From sequence record OR842557: a DNA stretch of 64,000 nt; one strand, given 5' to 3'. This document shows, in pieces, positions 54,796 through 64,000 of the stretch. The translations under genes were made by a program, and so were the position numbers. This DNA comes from Escherichia phage 04086. The notes beneath the pieces were generated by a model. That model saw nothing but the letters and a program-made list of their open reading frames with translations. It was not told the DNA's origin and did not search any database. Numbering within the stretch: position 1 is the first letter of the stretch; every line of letters starts with the position of its first letter.

Positions 54796-57700
54796 TTATG
54801 GTGTATCAATCCATTCGAATTTAACAGAACGAGTTACCGGGTCCGGAACTATACGAACGTTACCAATACGTAACCAATCACGAATGGTCAAGTTACTCAT
54901 TGAAGCGTTGTCTGAAGGCAAAGCACCGATATCAGACGGCTGCGGTGGGTTACCACCATCAAATACCTGAACAAATCCAGACCAAGCATTTTTATTTTGC
55001 TGCCAAGTACGAGTCCAACGAGTGGTGCTTCCGTCTGCAGTATTTGGATAGGTAATCCAATCTTGGTAAAGTGAATTCAGGGTGTTACCAAACTGAGTTA
55101 ACGTACCGGGCGATTTAACTTCTTCACCGCGGACCAGATACGGCAGTCCAGTTACTTCGTTGGTCTTTTCAACCATTTTAAAATAACCTGGGAACTGGTT
55201 ATATGTGGCTGAATCATTAACGTCAACAGACCAAAACCCGGTGTTATCGGCATTTGGTTTTCTCGAATAAAGGTCAGCGGGTTTAGTACCTTGCGAACGA
55301 ATTCTCGAGTTAACTGTTAAACCACCCAAATTTATAGTAGCACCTTTGGCAATGATTAAGCTTTCACCAATCGTTACTTGGCCAGATGTATTACTAATAG
55401 CTAATGGTCTTAATCCGTTAAAGCCACCAGTCTGGTCATTTGCATTTGTAAGCATGAAATAGATGTTCGAGTTATCATTACGAATAAAGAACCCGTACTG
55501 TCCACTAATAGCTCTAAATGCGTTTGCACTATAGGTTATAAATTCACCCTGTGCAGTCACTGAACGTCCAAATGTTGCCACCCCATTAGCATTCAATGTT
55601 CCGGATGCATTAACGTTAATCGGTTGAACTGTGCCGTTGATACTAAAAGTAATATTACCAAGATTATTCCGTTGAGAATAAAAATGGTTGGATGTTTCAT
55701 CGCCAACTTCAAATATCGTAGAACGACTTGTATCAGAACCACCAGCGAATTGGTTACCCCATACTCGGATATTCATGGTTTGAAACGGGTTATTTCCAGT
55801 TTGTGGTCCTTTTTCAAATATCAAACGAGTTGAAGCACCTGTATTACGAATAGTAAATGTAGAATTAGCAGCTAAAGAACCACCAAACTCACCTGTACCA
55901 CCTGTAGCCAATTGGCCATCCACTCTGATGTTTTTACGAAGGGTTAATGTTCCTTCAACTATTTGGTCGATATCTCTCCTGACAAACTGAGAGCTATCCA
56001 GATTGTCCAATTTATCGGAGTCAAAAGCCTTACCTTTAATCGGAAGATAGTGAGTTAATGCGGTGTTCATCTGAAATGGTGAAATAGCAAAACCATCGTC
56101 TTCAAATTTAGCCAGGTTGGCAACCGAACCATTAGTATCGTCACCTTCCCAAGTGGCCGTACCTGTGGTTAATTTAACATATCCTCTACGAGCAGAAGTA
56201 GCTTCCCAGGATTTTTCCTGTTGGACGATATATTTGTAATGCTTGGGACTAAACGCTTTATTACTTACCGTACCAACAATAACTTCGGCCTGAGTAGCGA
56301 GTTGGATAATACCTTCAGCGTTTTCGGTAGCCTTTTTAGCTTGAAGCTTAAGTGGAGTGATGATTGTTTTGTCATCAATACCGGTATTAACTTCAGTTTG
56401 GGTAGCCAAACGAGCCGTACCACGTTGAGTATTACTTGCTTCACGGATATCTAGTGTATAATGGTTCCATAAGGTTCCTGTTTCAATCAAACCACTGGCT
56501 GCTGAGACAGAAGTTCTAGCAGTATCATTAAATCTTGTTTTAACTTTCAACGGAGTTGAAATAACATTATCTAATACACCTGCATCAAATTCTACTTGAG
56601 TACCAATACGAGCAATACCAGTAAGTGTTTGAGTAGCATTCCTGTCATTTAACGTCTTAGGCGTTACCGCACGAGTATAATCAGTTCCAGCATCAGTCTC
56701 TGTTTGCGTAGCAATTTCAATTAAACCGTGATTAGTATCAGTAGCACGACGAGCACCTAATGTTTCAGGTGTAACAACTGAGTTACTAAAACCTAGGTTA
56801 GTAGCACCGGCGTTAACTTCGGCTTGCGTAGCAAGATATACAGCACCTTGGTTCTCATAGTTAGCTTTATATTGGTCCAAAGCTTTAGGAGAAATAACTA
56901 AAGTAGTTGTGTTCTTATTATAAACGTTAGTACCTACAGTTGCTCTAGAAGTCGCAGGAGTGGTTCCAGTGGTGGATACGTATTTTACTATACCTGACAG
57001 GCTTTCAGTTCCCTGGCGCGTCTGTAGCTTCTTAGGAGTGATAATGGTTGTATCATCAACACCTGCATCAGTTTCCTGTTGCGTAGCAATTTCAGCGACA
57101 CCACGACGGGTTTCGGTAGCAGTACGTTCGTTTAATTTCTTAGGAGAAATAATCAAATCGTCCTGGAATGCAAATCCAGTATTCTGGTTTACCTGAGCAG
57201 TTGTAGCAATACGGGCAATACCACGACGTGATTCAGTCGCTACACGATTGGCTAAAGTCTGCGGAGTAATTGCAAGTTCTTTTTCAGGATTATTTTCGTG
57301 GTCGACGTTTGCTTGGGTCTGTGACGCCAGAGCAATAACACCTAGACGAGCACGGGTTAAATCATCCTTAGAATCCACACGTTCTACAGTAGGAACGTTC
57401 TGAGCAACAACCCAATATTTGCCACCTGTAGTGATGTCTTCGATATAACTCAGTTCAATAACCGGAGTATAACTTAAGTTACCATTGAAGGTCAATACAT
57501 CATTCAACACCCATTCGGTATCCGGCGGATATTCAGAACGTTTAGGGAACTGGAGCAATTGAACCGAAGAAGCTATTTTATCTCCTACAGAAGCCTTAAT
57601 ATTTACCGTCTGAGCTTTACGGAGATAGTTCAGAGCAATCTTAACGACATCACCCTGGGCTACGCTTGTGGGTAACGTGATATTAATGGTTTGTGGAGTT

Positions 57701-58695
57701 GTATTATTAGGGCCAAAAACAATAACACTTTCGTTAGCCAAGAGCTCAACATCGTCACGAATTACACGTAAACGAGTTTGACGGTCGCCGTCCCAAACAT
57801 ACCATAATTTTTCGGTAGAGTTATAAACAAAGAATCCATCACCGGAGGTACGGAATTCCATGCTATGCTGACCAAGCTTACCTAATGAAGATGAAGCATC
57901 AAACGTTTCAACGATTAAGTGGAATTTACTTCCTAAACCATCGATATCAACGGTTTTAATCATATCACCTTGGTTTGCATACTTAGGAAGAGTAAACTTA
58001 ATTACTGCACCTGAAGTATAACGACGAAGAACGTTATCACCTGCTTGAGACTGGAATTGTGCGGTGTTAGGTTCTACACGGATACCACGTTCTTCGTTAC
58101 CCGATTCCCAGAAATGCCAAAGACGGTTAGCAAAGATAAGCATGTTATAAGAAAAAGGCTTAGTTATCAGGGTTTCAGAGAACTGATTACCAAAACGAAC
58201 AATTTTCTGATTGCCACCACCAGGAGCAGAACTAGATTGGACCTTGATTTCGTTATAACCTACGCGACCACCAATATCCTTGATTACGATGGTATCACCA
58301 TCAGTAGGGTTAGGAGGCAGGGTAAATGTAGTAAAGCTAGCAGCAGAATCCACCGCAATATATTCACCGGAAGCCAGCTGGCGTGTAGGAGACGCTACAG
58401 TAATCCATTTAGGGTCAGTACGGGTAGCGGTCCAATAACCCGGTACAAAGGTTCCTGCAGGAGCATCGATATCACGTTGAGCAACCCAGATACGTTGGTC
58501 ATGGATTACTGCAAACCCATTCTTATATCCTCGCGTCTCGTCGTACGCCTGGATGGTGTTCTCATCTATAAAGAATTCAACGTTGACGCCATCATCTAAT
58601 ACATTGTAATCGGCTTTGGCAACATTGATAACTTTCTCGCCCGCAGCATCGAGTCCGGATGTAGCACGGAATGCAGGTTTTAAAATATCAGCCAT
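54796..58695 (-). CDS. 34: long tail fibre proximal subunit gp34
   Basis: 1299 aa; conserved KIASSVQLLQFPKRSEYPP and repeated ATQ..V..G units. Confidence 0.95.
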   Translation of the reverse strand: MADILKPAFRATSGLDAAGEKVINVAKADYNVLDDGVNVEFFIDENTIQAYDETRGYKNGFAVIHDQRIWVAQRDIDAPAGTFVPGYWTATRTDPKWITVASPTRQLASGEYIAVDSAASFTTFTLPPNPTDGDTIVIKDIGGRVGYNEIKVQSSSAPGGGNQKIVRFGNQFSETLITKPFSYNMLIFANRLWHFWESGNEERGIRVEPNTAQFQSQAGDNVLRRYTSGAVIKFTLPKYANQGDMIKTVDIDGLGSKFHLIVETFDASSSLGKLGQHSMEFRTSGDGFFVYNSTEKLWYVWDGDRQTRLRVIRDDVELLANESVIVFGPNNTTPQTINITLPTSVAQGDVVKIALNYLRKAQTVNIKASVGDKIASSVQLLQFPKRSEYPPDTEWVLNDVLTFNGNLSYTPVIELSYIEDITTGGKYWVVAQNVPTVERVDSKDDLTRARLGVIALASQTQANVDHENNPEKELAITPQTLANRVATESRRGIARIATTAQVNQNTGFAFQDDLIISPKKLNERTATETRRGVAEIATQQETDAGVDDTTIITPKKLQTRQGTESLSGIVKYVSTTGTTPATSRATVGTNVYNKNTTTLVISPKALDQYKANYENQGAVYLATQAEVNAGATNLGFSNSVVTPETLGARRATDTNHGLIEIATQTETDAGTDYTRAVTPKTLNDRNATQTLTGIARIGTQVEFDAGVLDNVISTPLKVKTRFNDTARTSVSAASGLIETGTLWNHYTLDIREASNTQRGTARLATQTEVNTGIDDKTIITPLKLQAKKATENAEGIIQLATQAEVIVGTVSNKAFSPKHYKYIVQQEKSWEATSARRGYVKLTTGTATWEGDDTNGSVANLAKFEDDGFAISPFQMNTALTHYLPIKGKAFDSDKLDNLDSSQFVRRDIDQIVEGTLTLRKNIRVDGQLATGGTGEFGGSLAANSTFTIRNTGASTRLIFEKGPQTGNNPFQTMNIRVWGNQFAGGSDTSRSTIFEVGDETSNHFYSQRNNLGNITFSINGTVQPINVNASGTLNANGVATFGRSVTAQGEFITYSANAFRAISGQYGFFIRNDNSNIYFMLTNANDQTGGFNGLRPLAISNTSGQVTIGESLIIAKGATINLGGLTVNSRIRSQGTKPADLYSRKPNADNTGFWSVDVNDSATYNQFPGYFKMVEKTNEVTGLPYLVRGEEVKSPGTLTQFGNTLNSLYQDWITYPNTADGSTTRWTRTWQQNKNAWSGFVQVFDGGNPPQPSDIGALPSDNASMSNLTIRDWLRIGNVRIVPDPVTRSVKFEWIDTP

Positions 58696-58727
58696 TTTAT
58701 TTCCTTTTCGTTTTCAGGGTATAGAAC

Positions 58728-58735
58728 TATTTATA
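58728..58735 (-). promoter_or_regulatory. late promoter TATAAATA for gene 34
   Basis: exact TATAAATA ~33 nt upstream of gene 34 start; back-to-back with rnh early promoter. Confidence 0.6.
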
Positions 58736-58742
58736 GCAAAGT

Positions 58743-58771
58743 GTTTACTTCTTCTAGGGTCATGATATAAT
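58743..58771 (+). promoter_or_regulatory. early promoter for rnh (GTTTAC-N17-TATAAT)
   Basis: hexamers; followed by SD-sequestering hairpin 58771-58801. Confidence 0.6.
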
Positions 58772-58802
58772 GAACCTCTACACTAATTGGACAGAGGTTC
58801 AT

Positions 58803-59750
58803 ATGAACGATTTAGATTTTTTACTTCCTGAAGAAGACCAACAAAAAGATGGATTCTTGTTGTTAGACTTTAGCCAAATCATTATGGCTGCAGCTTTCCA
58901 AGAGTTTGGTGAGAATGCTGGATTTCCTAAAGTAACTACAGCAATGCTTCGACATCTCGTGTTGAATTCAATTAAGAAAAACATTAAAGACTTTAAAAAA
59001 CAAGGTTACAACCAATTAATCATTTGTGTTGATAACTCCAAATCAGGTTATTGGCGTCGTCGTTATTCTTCTTATTATAAGAAAAACCGTGCTAAGGCTC
59101 GTGATGAATCACCATTTGACTGGGAAGGCTTATTCACAGCAATGCACATTATTGTTGATGAACTGGAACAAAACATGCCTTATATTGTTATGAATATCGA
59201 TACAATCGAGGCTGATGACCATATTGCTGTATTGACTCGCATCCTCACGGCTTTAGGCCATCCTGTTATGATCGGTTCTTCGGATGGTGACTTTACCCAA
59301 CTTCATAAATTCCCTGGGGTAAAACAATGGTCTCCAATGCAGAAAAAATTCGTCAAAACGAAATCTGGCGATGCCTTGCTTGATTGTGTAACTAAAGTAG
59401 TTAAAGGCGACCGCAAGGATAACGTTGCAAGTATTAAAGTTCGTGGTGATTATTGGTTGACAATGGTTGAAGGCGAACGTACTCCTAGCACTCGTGCCAA
59501 GGAACTTGAAGCAATTGCTCTTAATTATTATGACCATGATATAATTAAAACACTTCTTACTGAAGAACAATATGAACGTTTCTGTGAAAACCAAATCTTA
59601 ATTGATATGGACTTTATTCCAGATGATATTGTTGCTTTAATTACTGAAAGATATAATACGTATAACAAACCTTCGAAATCTAAAGTTTATCCTTATTTCG
59701 TTAAATCTGGTTTGTCTAAACTAACCGCTACAGTAGCTGATTTTTATTAA
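58803..59750 (+). CDS. rnh: RNase H / 5'-3' flap exonuclease
   Basis: FEN-family motifs (CVDNSKSGYWRR, SSDGDFTQL); start at MNDLDF with GAGGT RBS (track start 58770 lies inside the -10). Confidence 0.9.
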   Translation: MNDLDFLLPEEDQQKDGFLLLDFSQIIMAAAFQEFGENAGFPKVTTAMLRHLVLNSIKKNIKDFKKQGYNQLIICVDNSKSGYWRRRYSSYYKKNRAKARDESPFDWEGLFTAMHIIVDELEQNMPYIVMNIDTIEADDHIAVLTRILTALGHPVMIGSSDGDFTQLHKFPGVKQWSPMQKKFVKTKSGDALLDCVTKVVKGDRKDNVASIKVRGDYWLTMVEGERTPSTRAKELEAIALNYYDHDIIKTLLTEEQYERFCENQILIDMDFIPDDIVALITERYNTYNKPSKSKVYPYFVKSGLSKLTATVADFY

Positions 59751-59760
59751 GGTGAATATA

Positions 59761-60030
59761 ATGGCTAAAGAAAAAGTGAAAGTTGAATTCAATCAAGAAG
59801 AACATGGTAACACATTGGCACAACTGATTAAGTCTGCTTCCGATACTAAATTAAAAATGGAAGCCTACGGTGACGAAATTAAAGATATCAAAGACCGCGC
59901 TAAGACTGAACTTGGTGTAGACGGTAAAATGTTTAACCAACTGTTCTCACTGTATCATAAAGGCACTCGTGAACGTTTCGAAGATGAAAAAACTGAAGTG
60001 GTAGAACTGTATGACACAATCTTTGAATGA
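59761..60030 (+). CDS. hypothetical basic protein (dsbA-like position)
   Basis: 89 aa between rnh and gp59; synteny only. Confidence 0.4.
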   Translation: MAKEKVKVEFNQEEHGNTLAQLIKSASDTKLKMEAYGDEIKDIKDRAKTELGVDGKMFNQLFSLYHKGTRERFEDEKTEVVELYDTIFE

Positions 60031-60313
60031 TTTTGATGGAGCGGTTAATACCGCTTCCGAACCTGTCCATGTATTGGTAAATAAACAACAGAATGGCCTT
60101 GATATTGAGGCCTTTGTTGAGGCTGAAGGTTGTAGTTACCTCGAAGCGGCTACCGCATGGTTGGAAGAGAACAGCATCCCTGAAGGTAACTTTGCTCGTT
60201 ATTTGCCTGCAGGAATTATTGATAAAATTATGAACGAAGCCATTGATGATAACTTGCTTCGACCTTCAATGGCCCGAACGCAAAAGACTAATACCCTGGA
60301 TTTCTTGTTATGA
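60011..60313 (+). CDS. hypothetical acidic protein (gene 33-like position)
   Basis: 100 aa acidic ORF; synteny only. Confidence 0.4.
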   Translation: MTQSLNDFDGAVNTASEPVHVLVNKQQNGLDIEAFVEAEGCSYLEAATAWLEENSIPEGNFARYLPAGIIDKIMNEAIDDNLLRPSMARTQKTNTLDFLL

Positions 60314-60963
60314 TTAAGATTCGCATGCCACCAAACAATAACCGTATGGTGAACGGCAAAAGTGTATATTCCCTATACTTAATGCTCAAACATCACTTCA
60401 ATGCCAAATACGACGTTATCAAATATAACTGGGTCATGCGAATCTCTGATACGGCTTATCAAAAACGTCGTGACAAATATTTCTTTGAGAAATTGAGTGA
60501 TAAATACACTTTGAAAGAGCTTGCTCTTATCTTCATGAGTAACTTGGTGGCTAACCAGGATGCATGGATTGGCGACATCAGTGATGCTGACGCCTTAGTC
60601 TTTTACCGAGAATATATCGGTAGACTTAAAAGAATAAAACAAGTTTTTGAGGATGATATCAAAAACATTTATTATTTTAGTAAGAAAGTGGAAGTTAAAG
60701 CGCTTTCTGAAATTTTTGATTATAATAAAAAAGTTAACTCGAGCTATATTTTTAAGCTCCTTCAATCGAATGTTATTTCATTCGAAACGTTTATTTTGCT
60801 TGACAGTTTTCTCAATATAATTGATAAGCATGATGAACAGACCAACGATTTAGTGTGGTCTAAATACTCCACCAAGTTAAATGCTTATAAGAAAATTCTT
60901 ATAATAGATGCTGTAGAGGCAAGAAAATTATTCATTGAGACTATTAAGAGTTGTCAATTTTGA
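60310..60963 (+). CDS. 59: helicase loader gp59
   Basis: 217 aa; MIKIRMP...LVANQDAWIGDISDADALVFYREYIGRLK. Confidence 0.9.
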   Translation: MIKIRMPPNNNRMVNGKSVYSLYLMLKHHFNAKYDVIKYNWVMRISDTAYQKRRDKYFFEKLSDKYTLKELALIFMSNLVANQDAWIGDISDADALVFYREYIGRLKRIKQVFEDDIKNIYYFSKKVEVKALSEIFDYNKKVNSSYIFKLLQSNVISFETFILLDSFLNIIDKHDEQTNDLVWSKYSTKLNAYKKILIIDAVEARKLFIETIKSCQF

Positions 60964-61580
60964 ATATAGTCTATTGGCTAGAATTTAGTCAACGTATCAA
61001 AGCCAAAACACCTCCCTATTATTACATTGGGTCTAAGCATGATTGCTTAATTAAAAATGGTGTTATAATTGATTCACGTAACAAAGAATATTGGTCTTCG
61101 TGTAAACAACCACGATTTATCTCTGCTTTGTCTGAGCGTCCTAAAGTTAAAGTTCTTCATGTATGCGAAGATGTTTTAACTGAAGAAGAATTTTACCATA
61201 ATCATTATGATGTGGTTAAATCACCCTTATTCTTTAATAAGGCAATGGCTAAAGGGACTTTCAAATCCTGTTTGAAAGGTAAATCCAAATCTGAAAGCCA
61301 TAAACAAAAGATGAAAGAAAGTTCTCATCTTAAAGGTAAAGAGCCATGGGAACATCCTAATGCTATAGCAAAAGGTACCCATTTAGTGTGGAAAAATGCT
61401 AAAGTCTTTTATGACTGGTATATAGGCCCACATGAAACTACTAGATTAGGTCCGAAGATAATGTCTCGTGAAACCGGTTTAGCCTGTTCTACAATGACAG
61501 GGCATTCAATGATAAATAAATTTAAATCAGGATGGAATCCTCATCTCGATATTAAATTTAATGAATTTGCTTCAAACTGA
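60951..61580 (+). CDS. GIY-YIG homing endonuclease (Seg-like) between genes 59 and 32
   Basis: N-terminal IVYWLEF...(12)...YYIGSKHD (GIY..YIG spacing); SESHKQKMKESSHLKGK linker; TTG start overlapping gp59 end. Confidence 0.5.
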   Translation: MSILNIVYWLEFSQRIKAKTPPYYYIGSKHDCLIKNGVIIDSRNKEYWSSCKQPRFISALSERPKVKVLHVCEDVLTEEEFYHNHYDVVKSPLFFNKAMAKGTFKSCLKGKSKSESHKQKMKESSHLKGKEPWEHPNAIAKGTHLVWKNAKVFYDWYIGPHETTRLGPKIMSRETGLACSTMTGHSMINKFKSGWNPHLDIKFNEFASN

Positions 61581-61592
61581 GGGTGATATAAT
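61568..61592 (+). promoter_or_regulatory. MotA-type middle promoter for gene 32
   Basis: MotA box TGCTTCA then 12 bp then -10 TATAAT; lies within 3' end of the GIY-YIG ORF. Confidence 0.55.
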
Positions 61593-61682
61593 TACCCTCT
61601 GGAACAAACCTAGTTATCAAGGTAAACGTGATAACAACAACTGTTAATAAATTTATTAAATATATCAAATAAGGTAAATAAT

Positions 61683-62594
61683 ATGTCTATGTTTAAACGC
61701 CGTAATCCTGCTGAACTTGCTGCTCAACTGTCTGCAATGAAAGGTGGTTCTTCTTTCTCTTCCGATGATAAAGCTGAATGGAAATTGAAAGATGACAACG
61801 GTGTTGGTACTGCGGTAATTCGTTTCCTACCTTCGAAAAACGAAGAAAATCCATCTCCATTCATTAAGCTCGTTAACCACGGCTTTAAGAAAAATGGTCA
61901 ATGGTATATTGAAAACTGTACGTCTACTCACGGTGATTTCGATTCTTGTCCTGTATGTAAATACATGAACCAGAACGATACCTTTAATACTAATAATGCC
62001 GAATACAAACTGATGAAACGTAAAACTTCCTTCTGGGCTAACATCCTTGTTATTAAGGATAGTGCAGTGCCTGCTAACGAAGGTAAAGTGTTTAAATTCC
62101 GTTTCGGTCAGAAAATTATGGATAAAATCAACCAGATGGTTGAAGTTGATACTGATATTGGTGAAGTGCCGGTTGACGTAACATGTCCGTTTGATGGTGC
62201 GAACTTCGTACTGAAATCTAAGAAAGTTGGCGACTTCAAAAACTACGACGATTCCAAATTCATGGGTCAGTCTGAAATTCCTAACATCAATGATGAAGCT
62301 TACCAAGCTAAATTGATGGAAGAAATGCACGACCTTTCTAAACTGCTCGATTTCAAATCATTCGAAACTAACGAAGCCAAGTTTAAGAAAGTTGTTGGTA
62401 CAGCTGCTCTTGGTGGTGCTGCCGCTAAAGCTTCTGCTGCCGCTGATAAGATTGGTGATGACCTGGACGCATTCAGTGCAGACCTTGATGCATATGATTC
62501 CAAACCGTCTACACCCGCTCGTTCCACCACTCCTGAGCCGTCAGTAAGTCCTTCTGATGACGATGGTCTGGACGACCTGTTAGCTGGTCTATAA
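61683..62594 (+). CDS. 32: ssDNA-binding protein gp32
   Basis: 303 aa; FLPSKN, CxxHxxxxxCPVC zinc site, acidic C-terminus [12 protein letters not shown]. Confidence 0.93.
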   Translation: MSMFKRRNPAELAAQLSAMKGGSSFSSDDKAEWKLKDDNGVGTAVIRFLPSKNEENPSPFIKLVNHGFKKNGQWYIENCTSTHGDFDSCPVCKYMNQNDTFNTNNAEYKLMKRKTSFWANILVIKDSAVPANEGKVFKFRFGQKIMDKINQMVEVDTDIGEVPVDVTCPFDGANFVLKSKKVGDFKNYDDSKFMGQSEIPNINDEAYQAKLMEEMHDLSKLLDFKSFETNEAKFKKVVGTAALGGAAAKASAAADKIGDDLDAFSADLDAYDSKPSTPARSTTPEPSVSPSDDDGLDDLLAGL

Positions 62595-62610
62595 GTTATT
62601 GATTTATAAA

Positions 62611-62635
62611 GGGAAGACTTCGGTCTTCCCTTTTT
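62611..62635 (+). terminator. rho-independent terminator after gene 32
   Basis: GGGAAGAC-TTCG-GTCTTCCC + TTTTT. Confidence 0.7.
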
Positions 62636-62646
62636 GGCATTTAACG

Positions 62647-62687
62647 GTTTACAATGCCTTTAAACATGATACTATAGACTTATCAAC
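62647..62687 (+). promoter_or_regulatory. early promoter
   Basis: GTTTAC-N17-TACTAT + AGACTTATCAAC. Confidence 0.65.
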
Positions 62688-62703
62688 TACATGAGGAAAT
62701 AAA

Positions 62704-63090
62704 ATGGAAATCGGTAAAACTTATGAACTTCGTCCTGAGCGTATCAAAGCTTTTATTAATATCAGCCCTATCAATAATAACGATATGGTAGATATTATCC
62801 AAGACAATGGTGGTTGGTTTGAAGTAAAGGATACGATGACCTCGGATGAGGATAAATTTGTAACTAAAATCAAATGTGCGAATGGTAAGATTTTTAGTGC
62901 AGACGGGACACTAGAGGAATATTTTGAATTGCATGAAGATGAGTTCTATTGCTTCCGTGAATATGGTGAACAAGCTGATGGACTTGACACCCCTGTTACT
63001 AAGGCAGGTGTGACTCAAATCCATTGCATTGTTACCGAACAAAACGTTGACCAAATCATTGAACTTTTGCAAAAAACTTTTAAGGCCTAA
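62704..63090 (+). CDS. hypothetical protein (paralog of 63703-)
   Basis: ME.GKTY.L...EYFEL shared with last ORF. Confidence 0.5.
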   Translation: MEIGKTYELRPERIKAFINISPINNNDMVDIIQDNGGWFEVKDTMTSDEDKFVTKIKCANGKIFSADGTLEEYFELHEDEFYCFREYGEQADGLDTPVTKAGVTQIHCIVTEQNVDQIIELLQKTFKA

Positions 63091-63091
63091 T

Positions 63092-63352
63092 ATGACTAAA
63101 GATGATTTCCTGGATGCAGTAGAAAAAGCCAGTGAGAAATTTGAAGTGATGGGTGTGCGAGTTCATAAAGACCGAAATTACGGGCTCGATATCCAAACGT
63201 ATTCGTTATGGCTTGTAGGTGAACATAGTCTTGTAACCACTTTAGTTATGGGTGTTGATGCCCAACCTTTACTGGTTAAATTCAGAAGTATGGAAAAAGC
63301 TACCAAAGAAATGATTAAACTTGGTAAATGGCTCGATAAAATTCAAAAATAA
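63092..63352 (+). CDS. hypothetical protein
   Basis: ATG after upstream stop. Confidence 0.45.
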   Translation: MTKDDFLDAVEKASEKFEVMGVRVHKDRNYGLDIQTYSLWLVGEHSLVTTLVMGVDAQPLLVKFRSMEKATKEMIKLGKWLDKIQK

Positions 63353-63354
63353 AT

Positions 63355-63395
63355 GTTTACACCTGCTTTAAACATGATACTATAGACCCATCAAC
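63355..63395 (+). promoter_or_regulatory. early promoter
   Basis: GTTTAC-N17-TACTAT + AGACCCATCAAC. Confidence 0.65.
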
Positions 63396-63415
63396 TAATG
63401 AGTGAGGAAAATAAA

Positions 63416-63643
63416 ATGGCTAAGGTTAATATTGATATCGTTGATTTTGAATACACTTACGAAGTTATCCGTAATCGTTATCCTTCTTTAGTTATGACCC
63501 ATATTAAAGATACCCAATTCTGTAGTATGCAAATTGAAGTCCAAGGTCCTCTTGAAGACCTTACCCGCTTTATGGCTGACGAGTATTGTGACGGTATGCA
63601 CCCGGAAGACGCTAAATTTTATATGAATTTGATTAAAGCCTAG
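63416..63643 (+). CDS. hypothetical protein
   Basis: GAGGAAAA RBS; track start 63398 less likely. Confidence 0.45.
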   Translation: MAKVNIDIVDFEYTYEVIRNRYPSLVMTHIKDTQFCSMQIEVQGPLEDLTRFMADEYCDGMHPEDAKFYMNLIKA

Positions 63644-63677
63644 TATACAAACCGACGGGAACATGATAATATGTTCC
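63643..63677 (+). promoter_or_regulatory. early promoter variant with -10 inside 7-bp inverted repeat
   Basis: GTATAC-N16-GATAAT; GGAACAT/ATGTTCC arms flank the -10. Confidence 0.5.
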
Positions 63678-63702
63678 TTAAATTGAATATGAGGAAATAA
63701 AA

Positions 63703-64000
63703 ATGGAAACTGGTAAAACTTACGCATTAGACCCCGCTGCTAAAAAACAATTCATCGCTGGTGGTGATGCGGGCATGGTCAAGTTGATGGAACAACACGG
63801 CAATTCCTTCAAAGTCCTGGATATGTGTTATATCGATGGCGATTATTTTGTTGAAAAAGTTGAAATGAAAGACGGTACTATCCTGAATAGTATGGGTGGG
63901 CCTGATGAGTACTTTGAACTCGGTGAATGGGAATTCAAACACTTCCTGGAAGTTGATGGCGATGCCCCTGATATTGATACCCAAACCATTCATGTACAAG
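63703..64000 (+). CDS. hypothetical protein, 3' partial (paralog of 62704-63090)
   Basis: GAGGAAA RBS; runs off window end. Confidence 0.45.
   Translation, partial: METGKTYALDPAAKKQFIAGGDAGMVKLMEQHGNSFKVLDMCYIDGDYFVEKVEMKDGTILNSMGGPDEYFELGEWEFKHFLEVDGDAPDIDTQTIHVQ

Noticed and set aside
58770-58802. ORF-track starts at 58770 (rnh) and 12166 (nucleotidyltransferase/kinase) as true initiation codons
   Set aside because: Both ATGs sit inside or directly after a TATAAT -10 hexamer and so would lie upstream of the transcription start; downstream ATGs with RBS match homolog N-termini.
45821-63383. TGCTTTA (MotA-box-like) sequence inside early promoters at 45830 and 63368
   Set aside because: It lies between the -35 and -10 only ~8 bp from the -10, not at the -30 position needed for MotA activation; likely coincidental.
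1-64000. tRNA, rRNA, CRISPR arrays, group I introns or a gene 60 bypass element
   Set aside because: No cloverleaf-like or rRNA-like stretches recognised by eye; no short direct repeats with unique spacers; gp39, gp43 and other conserved genes are continuous apart from the N artefacts.

Overview
This window is a T4-like (Tevenvirinae) phage genome segment read in the direction of early transcription, with gene order 47-46-45-44-62-regA-43-imm-[novel cluster]-uvsX-40-41-...-61-56-soc-...-dda-dexA-...-39-rIIA-rIIB-...-ndd-...-52-motA-asiA, followed by a convergent late block on the minus strand (t,38,37,36,35,34) and then rnh-...-59-32 on the plus strand. The 903-aa DNA polymerase and an unsplit 605-aa gp39 (no gene 60 insertion) suggest an RB69-like lineage, a judgement made from memory of reference sequences, not from a search. 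The main finding is a five-gene module (11635-16346) sitting where T4 has gene 42 and beta-gt: a fused nucleotidyltransferase/APH-like kinase, a HAD phosphatase, a thymidylate-kinase-like P-loop kinase, a divergent thymidylate-synthase-fold enzyme and an unassigned 297-aa protein. I read this as a candidate donor-synthesis pathway for DNA hydroxymethyl-pyrimidine hypermodification; the chemistry is inference only. Other features include two freestanding homing endonucleases (HNH, GIY-YIG), about 19 early promoters sharing a GTTTAC-N17-TAYTAT core and a downstream CTATCAAC box, MotA-type middle promoters, four TATAAATA late promoters, and many small membrane-peptide ORFs below the ORF-track cutoff. 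Thirteen N-marked junctions are each flanked by near-identical ~100-270 bp duplications; I treat these as scaffold-join artefacts, so genes spanning them (47, 45, 61, 56, rIIB, 52 and others) are probably contiguous single-copy genes. No tRNA, rRNA or CRISPR array was recognised. All coordinates for non-coding features were hand-counted and may be off by a base or two.
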